Shown here piece by piece: positions 1 through 6,896 of a DNA stretch of 12,679 bases. The stretch is from the NCBI GenBank assembly GCA_035703635.1, contig DASSXV010000066.1:1-12679 (forward strand). The letters are read 5' to 3'. A model generated the notes under the pieces. It was not told where the DNA came from. It saw only the letters and a program-made list of their open reading frames with translations, and searched no databases. Origin of the DNA: Trueperaceae bacterium. Its GTDB lineage: Bacteria; Deinococcota; Deinococci; Deinococcales; Trueperaceae. The position numbers and the translations under genes were made by a program. Each line of letters begins with the position of its first letter. The stretch's first letter is position 1.

Positions 1-13
1 AAGCGCGGCTAGC

Positions 14-1252
14 TCAACGCTGCAGCCAGGCCATCGTCTTGTCGGCCAACTTGTCAAGCGCGACTACCGACATCTCGATGTGCTCCTCGCGGGTGTCCTC
101 GATCTTGTTGTGCGAGATCCCGTGGAGGCTCTGCACGAACAACATCACCGTCGGCACGCCAGCGCGCGCCACTTCGGCGGCGTCATGCAGCGGCCCGCTC
201 GGTAGCTGGTATGAGGTGCCGGACGCCTCCCGCACGGCCTCCGTTGCCAAGGCGATCAGGTCAGGGTGGAACGGCATAGGGTCGATGCCCCAGATCGTGC
301 TCCACGACACCTCGACGTCGCCCTCCGCCGCGAAGCGCTTGCTCGCCTCGACGGCACGCTCGTACATGCCGGTGAGCGCGGCCCTGTCCAGGTGGCGCTG
401 GTCAAGGGTGATATCGCACTCGGCCACGACGGAGGTGACGATGCCTGGTCGCGTGACGCAACTGCCGATGGTGCAGACGCCACCGAGGTCATCCGTTATG
501 CGGTAGATCTCCTCACTCATCTTGCCAGCCGCCAAGAAGGCGTCGCGTCTGCGGTTCATCGGCGTCGAGCCTGAGTGCGCGGCCTGTCCGCGGAACTGGA
601 TCCCGTGGCGCTCCACCCCGAAAGTGCCGAGCACCACGCCCAACGGCAAGTCGAGGTCGAGGAGCACCGGGCCCTGCTCGATGTGCAGCTCGAGGTAGGC
701 GCCCGCGTTCGCCAACTCCGCCGTGGCTTGGTTCATAGCGTCGAGGTCGACACCGCAGCGCTTCAACGCGTCGACGAGGCGCACCCCGTCTGCGTCGAGC
801 CTGCCGCGCTCGGCGTCTGGTACCAGCGTGCCGCCCGCGGCGCTCGACCCAAGAAGGCTGCGGCCGAAGCGCGCGCCCTCCTCGTCCGCCCAGTCGACCA
901 ACCTGATGGTTACGGGCGGCTCGCCGCCGTACTCGTCCTTGATACGCCTGACGACCTCCAGGCCAGCCAGGACGTTAAGACAGCCGTCGAGCCAACCGCC
1001 ACCCGGCACGCTATCGATGTGCCCGCCGATGATGAGTTCCACCGGGGAGGCGCCGCGCAGCGTCGACCAGACGTTGCCAGCTGCGTCCCAGTGCGTCTCC
1101 AACCCAAGGGCGTCGGTCTTGGCGCGCATGAACTCCCGCGCTCGCAGCCACGTGTCCGTCCAGGCGACGCGCCAGGCGCCGTTCTCGTCACCCGTAAGGG
1201 CGCGTAGGTCCTTGAGTTCTTGCACGGTGCGTAGCGGGTCAAGTGAGCTCAT
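14..1252 (-). CDS. M20-family Zn-dependent amidohydrolase (hydantoinase/carbamoylase family; N-carbamoyl-L-amino acid / allantoate amidohydrolase-like)
   Basis: 412 aa. Motifs GGHIDSVPGGGWLDG, DEEGARFG, ELHIEQGP, AAHSGSTPM, SGPLHDA and GISHN. SD GAGGAGG lies 4 nt before ATG 1252. The substrate cannot be assigned from motifs. Confidence 0.92.
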   Translation of the reverse strand: MSSLDPLRTVQELKDLRALTGDENGAWRVAWTDTWLRAREFMRAKTDALGLETHWDAAGNVWSTLRGASPVELIIGGHIDSVPGGGWLDGCLNVLAGLEVVRRIKDEYGGEPPVTIRLVDWADEEGARFGRSLLGSSAAGGTLVPDAERGRLDADGVRLVDALKRCGVDLDAMNQATAELANAGAYLELHIEQGPVLLDLDLPLGVVLGTFGVERHGIQFRGQAAHSGSTPMNRRRDAFLAAGKMSEEIYRITDDLGGVCTIGSCVTRPGIVTSVVAECDITLDQRHLDRAALTGMYERAVEASKRFAAEGDVEVSWSTIWGIDPMPFHPDLIALATEAVREASGTSYQLPSGPLHDAAEVARAGVPTVMLFVQSLHGISHNKIEDTREEHIEMSVVALDKLADKTMAWLQR

Positions 1253-1345
1253 GAGGCCTCCTCAGTATCTGGCGGCGCATGCGCTAACGCGGCCCAGGCC
1301 CACACTTGGACCGGAGGCTGACCGCCACACTCTCGTGTTGCAGGC

Positions 1346-1354
1346 AGTCTAGCA
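1346..1354 (-). promoter_or_regulatory. Putative extended -10 promoter (TG-C-TAGACT) for the amidohydrolase
   Basis: The minus strand reads TGC TAGACT, matching TGn-TAnnnT, in the intergenic gap about 94 nt upstream of ATG 1252. Confidence 0.5.
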
Positions 1355-1378
1355 AGCGCGCAGCGTGCATGCTGGCGG

Positions 1379-2344
1379 CTACTCCTCTGGAGGCAGGTCC
1401 GGTAGCGCGTCCTCGACGCGGCTTCGCAGGTCGTCTCCATCGACGGTGGCCCCTAGCGCCTCGAAGGTGGCGGCTAGCGAGTTCAGGTCCCGCGCGAGGA
1501 GCTCGCTTGCCGCCCGGCCAACGCGCACGTCCATGACCTGCGGGAGGTCGATGAGGACGACCTCGCCCTCGTGCCACAAGAGGTTGTAGGTCGAGAGGTC
1601 GCCGTGCACCAGACCGAGGCGCGCCAGGCTGACGGCGATCTCGACGGCCTGTTCGTACGCGGCCTGCGCCTGCGCTGGCTCGAGCCGCACGTCAGCTACT
1701 CGCGGCGCCGGGTCGTCGCCCGTCCCGATGAACTCCATCAAGACGACGGCGCCAGCCGAGGACCACGCGCTCGGCTCGGCTGGCAACGCAGGCACTGGCA
1801 CACGCACGCCCGCGTCATGCAAGCGCCACAGGTTGGCGTACTCGCGCATGACCCACAGGGCGATCTGCGCCTGGCGTCCGGCCCGCGACTTGCGCTTCAG
1901 CGCCCGCGCTAGGCGCTCGTCTTCGAACTTGAGCGCCTCCCAATATGGGGCATCGTTGCGGAACGAGCGCGACTCCAGGTCGGCGTAGACCTTGGCAGCC
2001 AGGGGCGTCTCGCCCCGCATGACGAGGTAAACCGTCGCCTCCTTACCGCCTTTCACGAGGCCAACGAAGGTGTCGAAGTAACCGCGAGCGTGCAGGCGCC
2101 GCAGGTCCTTGTCCGAGAAGCTCTGGGCTCCAGACTCGGAGGTCTTGACGAGGTCGGCCGCCGTGCGCTTGGCGCGTGGCTTGCGTTTGGTGCGCTTCAC
2201 CTCGGCCTTGTCTGGCAGGTCGCGGGCCCTGACGCTCACACCGAAGTGGCCATCGTGGTCGTCATGCGCGCGCGGCTTGGCCGGGCGCTGCTTAGCTGGG
2301 CGCTTGCCGTCCGCCCGCTTCTTACCCTTGTCTTCGTCAGTCAC
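1379..2344 (-). CDS. RIO1-family atypical Ser/Thr kinase/ATPase
   Basis: P-loop GLVKGGKEATVY, AAKVY, REYANLWRL, hinge VLMEFIG, catalytic loop LVHGDLSTYNLL and metal loop IDLPQ. I moved the start from TTG 2404 to GTG 2344 because SD GGGAGGT (2359-2353) lies 8 nt upstream of it. This gives 321 aa. Confidence 0.9.
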   Translation of the reverse strand: MTDEDKGKKRADGKRPAKQRPAKPRAHDDHDGHFGVSVRARDLPDKAEVKRTKRKPRAKRTAADLVKTSESGAQSFSDKDLRRLHARGYFDTFVGLVKGGKEATVYLVMRGETPLAAKVYADLESRSFRNDAPYWEALKFEDERLARALKRKSRAGRQAQIALWVMREYANLWRLHDAGVRVPVPALPAEPSAWSSAGAVVLMEFIGTGDDPAPRVADVRLEPAQAQAAYEQAVEIAVSLARLGLVHGDLSTYNLLWHEGEVVLIDLPQVMDVRVGRAASELLARDLNSLAATFEALGATVDGDDLRSRVEDALPDLPPEE

Positions 2345-2393
2345 CGCACGCCACCTCCCGTCGTCAGTCCCTGTGGGGCGCCAACGCGACTTC

Positions 2394-2445
2394 AGCTTAA
2401 CCAACGGTTCACGAGACGCCAGAGGCAGGCCGCGTCACGTACCAT
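2394..2445. promoter_or_regulatory. Putative back-to-back divergent -10 boxes: TAAGCT (minus, 2399-2394, RIO kinase) and TACCAT (plus, 2440-2445, ABC operon)
   Basis: TAnnnT hexamers on each strand of the divergent intergenic region. No convincing -35 seen. Confidence 0.4.
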
Positions 2446-2515
2446 CTACGTTGCGGCGCCGATCGGCAGGGCAACCGTGCCCCGCGTAACGAGGCGCTTC
2501 CACCTGGGAGGGTGC

Positions 2516-4000
2516 ATGAAGAGAACGGCAGTAGCAATCTTGGTTATGTTGTTGGCCACGCTCGCGCTAGCGCAAGGGCGCTTGACCACGGCGATCAGCT
2601 CGAACCCACCGACGCTCGACCCGCAGAAGACCTTCAACGGCTACTCCTTCGCCATCACGAACCAGGTCTACGAGACCCTCTTCCGCGTTACCCCAGCAGG
2701 CGAGATCGAGGGCCTGCTTGCCGCGTCATGGGAGTTCGTCGATCCGTCGACCCTCCGCATCACTCTTCGTGACGGCATCACCTTCACTGACGGCACCCCG
2801 CTCGACGCCGCAGCGGTCAAGGCCTCCCTCGAGCGCCTCCTCGACCCCGCCACCGCCGCCCCAGGCCGCTTCGTGGTCAGCGCCATCGACAGCGTCGAGG
2901 TCGTTGACGCCACCACCGTCGACATCCTGACCGGCGAGCCGTTCGCTCCGCTCCTCGCGCACCTCGCGCACCCGGTTGCCGCCATCGTGCCAGTCGCGCA
3001 CGGTGACGACCTCGCCCGCGACCCCGTCGGTTCCGGCCCGTTCACGTTCGTGTCGTGGGAGCAGAGCAACCAGCTCCTGCTCAAGGCCAACGCCGACTAC
3101 TGGGGTGGCGTGCCCGCCATTGAGGAAGTCCTCTACCGCATAATCCCTGAGGTCAGCACTCAGGTCATCGAACTCCGCTCCGGCGGCCTCGACATCATCT
3201 TCAACATCCCGCCGGACGCCTTCGAGGCGCTCGAAGCCGACGCGTCGGTCGATACGACGGCCTACCTGGGCTGGGGCAGCACCATGCTCGGCATGAACAC
3301 CGTGAACCCCAAGCTGCAGGACCTGCGCGTGCGCCAGGCGCTTGCTCACGCCATCGACAAGTCGTTGATCATCGAGGAGTTCCTTCGCGGCCTCGCCGAG
3401 CCGGGCGTCGTGCCGATCCCCCCGACCGTGCGCTTCGCGGCTTCCGACCTCGAAGAGCCGTACCCGTACGAGCCCGAGACCGCCAAGGCGCTCTTGGCCG
3501 AGGCGGGCGCGACCGGCCTCAAGCTCACCCTCGACATCTACCAGAACCCCGATCTCGAAGCCGTCGCTCAGGTCCTCCAGTTCATGCTCTCCGAAGTCGG
3601 CGTCGACCTCACCATCCGCGTGCAGGAGTACGCCGCCTACGTCGAGCAGACCGCGAAGGACGACATCGAGCTCTACCTAACGAGCTGGGGCACCGTGACA
3701 CTGGATGCCGATTACACCCTCTACGCCTTCTTCCACTCGAGCGAGATCCCCGATAACAACGTCTCGCGTTACCGCGTGGCTGCCATCGACGCTCTCCTCG
3801 AAGAGGCTCGCGACAACCCGGCGGACAGCACCCGCGCCGCCGCCTACCGCGACGTGCAAGAACTCGTCCTCGCGGACGTTCCGATGGTGACGCTCTACTA
3901 CCCGCTGTCCACCATCGCGAAGTCGCCCGTTCTCCAAGGCGAGATCGTGCGCTTCAGCTGGATCAACCTCGACCTGCGCAACGCCACGTTGGCGCGCTGA
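2516..4000 (+). CDS. ABC transporter substrate-binding protein, family 5 (peptide/glutathione/nickel; DppA/GsiB-like)
   Basis: ATG 2516 follows SD GGGAGG (2506-2511). Signal peptide MKRTAVAILVMLLATLALA|Q has no lipobox Cys. Family-5 motifs TLDP, LRDGITFTDGTPLDAAAVKASLER, PVGSGPF, DLRVRQALAHAID and YPYEPETAKALLAEAG. 494 aa. The track start at 2090 is spurious because it overlaps the RIO gene. Confidence 0.93.
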   Translation: MKRTAVAILVMLLATLALAQGRLTTAISSNPPTLDPQKTFNGYSFAITNQVYETLFRVTPAGEIEGLLAASWEFVDPSTLRITLRDGITFTDGTPLDAAAVKASLERLLDPATAAPGRFVVSAIDSVEVVDATTVDILTGEPFAPLLAHLAHPVAAIVPVAHGDDLARDPVGSGPFTFVSWEQSNQLLLKANADYWGGVPAIEEVLYRIIPEVSTQVIELRSGGLDIIFNIPPDAFEALEADASVDTTAYLGWGSTMLGMNTVNPKLQDLRVRQALAHAIDKSLIIEEFLRGLAEPGVVPIPPTVRFAASDLEEPYPYEPETAKALLAEAGATGLKLTLDIYQNPDLEAVAQVLQFMLSEVGVDLTIRVQEYAAYVEQTAKDDIELYLTSWGTVTLDADYTLYAFFHSSEIPDNNVSRYRVAAIDALLEEARDNPADSTRAAAYRDVQELVLADVPMVTLYYPLSTIAKSPVLQGEIVRFSWINLDLRNATLAR

Positions 4001-4009
4001 GCTAGCTCC

Positions 4010-4041
4010 GTGTAGGGCGGCCTCCGCCCTACACTTATTTT
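4010..4041 (+). terminator. Intrinsic terminator between the binding-protein and permease genes
   Basis: Perfect 11-bp stem GTGTAGGGCGG / CCGCCCTACAC with loop CCT, followed directly by TTATTTT. Confidence 0.75.
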
Positions 4042-4044
4042 CAC

Positions 4045-4974
4045 ATGACGCTATTCATCATCCGCCGCCTAGCAGCCCTCGTGCCCGTGCTGCTAGGCGT
4101 TACCCTCTTGGTGTTCGCCATGCTGTGGCTCGCGCCTGGCGATCCTGTCTTAGCCCTGCTTGGCGAGTCGGCTCAAGGCATCAGCCGCGCCGCGCTCGAG
4201 GAGTTGCGGCGCGCTCACGGCTTCGACCGCGGGCCGGTCATCCAGTACCTCGACTACCTGGGAGGGTTGGTGAGGGGCGACCTCGGCACGTCGGTGCGCA
4301 GCGGCCAGCCCGTCATGCAAGAGGTGCTCGGCCGCTTCCCCGCCACCTTGCTCCTTGCTGGTAGCGCCATGTTCGTCGCCTCCGTGCTAGGTCTCACCCT
4401 TGGCGTGCTCGCCGCCGTTTTTCGCCGCACAGTCGTTGACCACGTTGCTGTGCTCATCGCGCTGTTAGGCGTATCGGTGCCAGTGTTCTGGTCTGGCCTG
4501 CTCCTCATGCTCCTCTTCGCCCTCGATTTGGGTTGGTTGCCCGCCTCCGGTTACGGGACCTGGAAGCACCTCGTGCTGCCAGCCAGCGCGGTCGGCTTCT
4601 CGTCCGCCGCCTTCATCGCGCGCATCACACGCGCGAGCATGATCGAGACTTTGAGGCAAGACTACGTCCGCACCGCCACGGCCAAGGGGCTGGGGCCAGG
4701 CGCGGTGCGCCTGCGGCACGCCCTACGCAACGCGCTCCTACCGGTAGTCACGGTGGTCGGGCTGCAGTTCGGCGGCCTCCTCGGTGGCGCCGTGCTCACC
4801 GAGACCGTGTTCGCGTGGCCAGGGATCGGCCGCATGCTGGTCGACGCCATCGCCACCCGCGACCTGCCGCTCGTGCAGGGCAGCGTGCTGTTCATCGCGG
4901 TGCTCTTCATCATCGTCAACCTCGCCGTAGACGTGTCTTACGCCGTCCTCAACCCGAAGGTTCGCTATGACTAG
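4045..4974 (+). CDS. Peptide/nickel ABC transporter permease 1 (DppB/GsiC/NikB-like)
   Basis: N-terminal FIIRRL...APGDP, GDLGTS, SVPVFWSG, EAA-type loop DYVRTATAKGL, RHALRNALLPVVT, ETVFAWPGIG and C-terminal LNPKVR. 309 aa. Confidence 0.95.
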   Translation: MTLFIIRRLAALVPVLLGVTLLVFAMLWLAPGDPVLALLGESAQGISRAALEELRRAHGFDRGPVIQYLDYLGGLVRGDLGTSVRSGQPVMQEVLGRFPATLLLAGSAMFVASVLGLTLGVLAAVFRRTVVDHVAVLIALLGVSVPVFWSGLLLMLLFALDLGWLPASGYGTWKHLVLPASAVGFSSAAFIARITRASMIETLRQDYVRTATAKGLGPGAVRLRHALRNALLPVVTVVGLQFGGLLGGAVLTETVFAWPGIGRMLVDAIATRDLPLVQGSVLFIAVLFIIVNLAVDVSYAVLNPKVRYD

Positions 4975-5824
4975 CGTCAACGCCCCCGCCCGGCGGCTGC
5001 GGTCGCCAGGACTACGCCGCTTCCTCAAGAACCGCGCCGCCATCGTCGGGTTCGTCCTCGTCGTGCTGTTGATCGCCGCAGCGGCGCTCGCGCCCGTACT
5101 GGCGCCTTACGCGCCAGACTTCCAGAACCTGCGCATGCGGCTTCGCGCACCATCGGCCGCTCACATCTTCGGCACTGACGAGTTCGGCCGCGACGTCCTC
5201 AGCCGCGTGCTTCACGGCGCACGAGTGTCGCTGTTGACCGGCCTGGTTCCCGTGCTCGTTGCCGCCGTCATCGGCAGCACCCTCGGCCTGGTGGCCGGGT
5301 TCTACCGCGGCACGCTCGACTCCGTGCTCATGCGCCTGATGGACGTGCTACTCGCGTTCCCGTCACTGCTGCTCGCACTGGCCGTGGTCGGCGCGCTTGG
5401 GCCAGGCCTCGAGAACGCCGTCATCGCCATCGCCATAGTCGGGGTGCCGTCGTACGCGCGCATCGTGCGCAGCGTGGTGATCGCAACGCGCGAGGAGGAG
5501 TTCGTCACGGCCGCCCAGGCGCTAGGCGCCCGCGACCCGCGCGTGCTCCTCAAGCACGTGCTGCCGAGCGCGCTCGGCGCGCTGAGCGTGCAGGCGACCC
5601 TCGGTATCGGCTTCGCTATCCTCTCCATGGCTGGGCTCTCGTTCCTCGGCCTCGGGGTGCAACCGCCGACCGCCGACTGGGGTGAGATGCTCGCCCGCGG
5701 CAGGCGCTACCTCCCCGGCTCGCCTTGGCTGCTCCTCTACCCTGGCGCGGCCATCTCGTTGACGGTGCTTGCCTTCAACCTCCTAGGCGACGGTCTGCGC
5801 GACGCACTCGACCCGCGAGACTAG
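4967..5824 (+). CDS. Peptide/nickel ABC transporter permease 2 (DppC/GsiD-like)
   Basis: HIFGTDEFGRDVLSRVLHGARVSL, MRLMDVLLAFPSLLL, EAA-type loop EFVTAAQALGA, LSFLGLGVQPPTADWG and FNLLGDGLRDALDPR. Overlaps permease 1 by 8 nt (ATGACTAG). Confidence 0.95.
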   Translation: MTSVNAPARRLRSPGLRRFLKNRAAIVGFVLVVLLIAAAALAPVLAPYAPDFQNLRMRLRAPSAAHIFGTDEFGRDVLSRVLHGARVSLLTGLVPVLVAAVIGSTLGLVAGFYRGTLDSVLMRLMDVLLAFPSLLLALAVVGALGPGLENAVIAIAIVGVPSYARIVRSVVIATREEEFVTAAQALGARDPRVLLKHVLPSALGALSVQATLGIGFAILSMAGLSFLGLGVQPPTADWGEMLARGRRYLPGSPWLLLYPGAAISLTVLAFNLLGDGLRDALDPRD

Positions 5825-5839
5825 CCTCCAGGTTGGCGG

Positions 5840-5845
5840 TAACCT
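5840..5845 (+). promoter_or_regulatory. Putative -10 box (TAACCT) for a leaderless dipeptidase mRNA
   Basis: TAnnnT lies 7 nt before ATG 5853, and no SD lies between them. Confidence 0.5.
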
Positions 5846-5852
5846 TTGCGAC

Positions 5853-6896
5853 ATGATCCCAGTCTTCGACGGTCATAACGACACGCTGCTCAACCACCTG
5901 GCTGACCCGGCGCGCGACCTCTTCGCGCGCCAAGGCGACGGCCACCTCGACCTGGTGCGCGCGAAGGAAGGCGGCATGGTGGGCGGGTTCTTCGCGGTCT
6001 GGACGCCCTCCGCGCCGTTACCCGCGAAGTACGCCGCTCTCGCCGATCATCCAGGACTGCCGATCGCACCAGCTGGCGCCGTCGACAGTGGAGTGGCCCG
6101 CGCCCACGCAGACGCATGCGTCGCTCAGCTCAGCGCCTGGGACCAAGACCCACAGGACCGCTTCAGGCTAGTGCGAACGGTCGCCGAGCTCGAGAGCGCG
6201 GTTGCAGCCGGCGTCTTCGCCGCCATCATGCACTTCGAGGGCGCGGAAGCCATCGGGCCAGACCTGTGCGCCCTCGACACCTACTACGCGGCCGGGCTGC
6301 GGTCGCTTGGTCCCGTGTGGAGTCGCCCCAACCTCTTCGGTTTCGGTGTCCCTTTCCACTTCCCTAGCAGCCCAGACGTCGGGCCGGGCCTCACCTCGCA
6401 CGGCAGGGCGCTCGTCAAGCGCTGCAACGAGTTGGGCATCATGCTCGACCTCTCTCACATCACGGAGCGCGGTTTCTGGGACGTCGCCGCCCTCTCGGAC
6501 GATCCGCTCGTCGCCACGCACTCGAACGCCCATGCCGTGTCGCCGTCGCCCCGCAACCTGACGGACGAACAGCTCGCCGCCGTCAAGACGTCCAACGGTG
6601 TCGTTGGCCTCAACTACAACGTCGGCTTCCTCGATCCGGAAGGCAGCAGGGCCACTAGCTTGCCGATCGAGGTGATGGTCAGGCACGTTGACCACTTGGT
6701 CGACAAGCTCGGCATCGACGGCGTGGCGTTAGGCTCCGACTTCGATGGCGCGACCATGCCGGACTCCGTCAAGGACGTGGCGCACGTGCCCAACCTGATG
6801 AGCGCGTTGGCGGCTGCGGGTTACGACGACGAGAGCTTGCGCAAGATCGGCTACCTCAACTGGTTGCGCGTGTTGCGCCTTACCTGGGAGGAGTAA
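5853..6896 (+). CDS. Dipeptidase, peptidase family M19 (renal/membrane dipeptidase-like, amidohydrolase fold)
   Basis: Motifs VFDGHNDT, HFEGAE, DLSH, ATHSN, PRNLTD and ALGSDFDG, with C-terminal NWLRVL. 347 aa with no signal peptide. Confidence 0.93.
   Translation: MIPVFDGHNDTLLNHLADPARDLFARQGDGHLDLVRAKEGGMVGGFFAVWTPSAPLPAKYAALADHPGLPIAPAGAVDSGVARAHADACVAQLSAWDQDPQDRFRLVRTVAELESAVAAGVFAAIMHFEGAEAIGPDLCALDTYYAAGLRSLGPVWSRPNLFGFGVPFHFPSSPDVGPGLTSHGRALVKRCNELGIMLDLSHITERGFWDVAALSDDPLVATHSNAHAVSPSPRNLTDEQLAAVKTSNGVVGLNYNVGFLDPEGSRATSLPIEVMVRHVDHLVDKLGIDGVALGSDFDGATMPDSVKDVAHVPNLMSALAAAGYDDESLRKIGYLNWLRVLRLTWEE

Noticed and set aside
1..12. Possible end of a convergent plus-strand gene (AAG CGC GGC TAG)
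   Set aside because: Only four codons are visible, too few to support a call.
39..1352. Long plus-strand ORFs (155, 210 and 209 aa) antisense to the amidohydrolase
   Set aside because: These are shadow ORFs caused by high GC and codon bias, with no recognisable motifs.
2345..2404. TTG 2404 start for the RIO kinase
   Set aside because: It has no SD, and the segment itself contains a -10 candidate and a strong SD for GTG 2344.
2497..2514. Short hairpin over the binding-protein SD (CUUCC-ACCU-GGGAG)
   Set aside because: Only 5 bp including a G-U pair, which is expected by chance at this GC content.
2090..2515. 142-aa N-terminal extension of the binding protein in the ORF track
   Set aside because: It is antisense to the RIO gene. 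The SD and signal peptide point to ATG 2516.
8..4006. The same TGA-GCTAGC follows the stops of the amidohydrolase (minus, 16-8) and the binding protein (plus, 3998-4006)
   Set aside because: It is only a 9-nt match, and GCTAGC/CTAG recurs many times inside coding regions here.
2516..5824. Naming the transporter gsiBCD, dppABC or nikABC
   Set aside because: Family-5 specificity cannot be read from these motifs without a database comparison.
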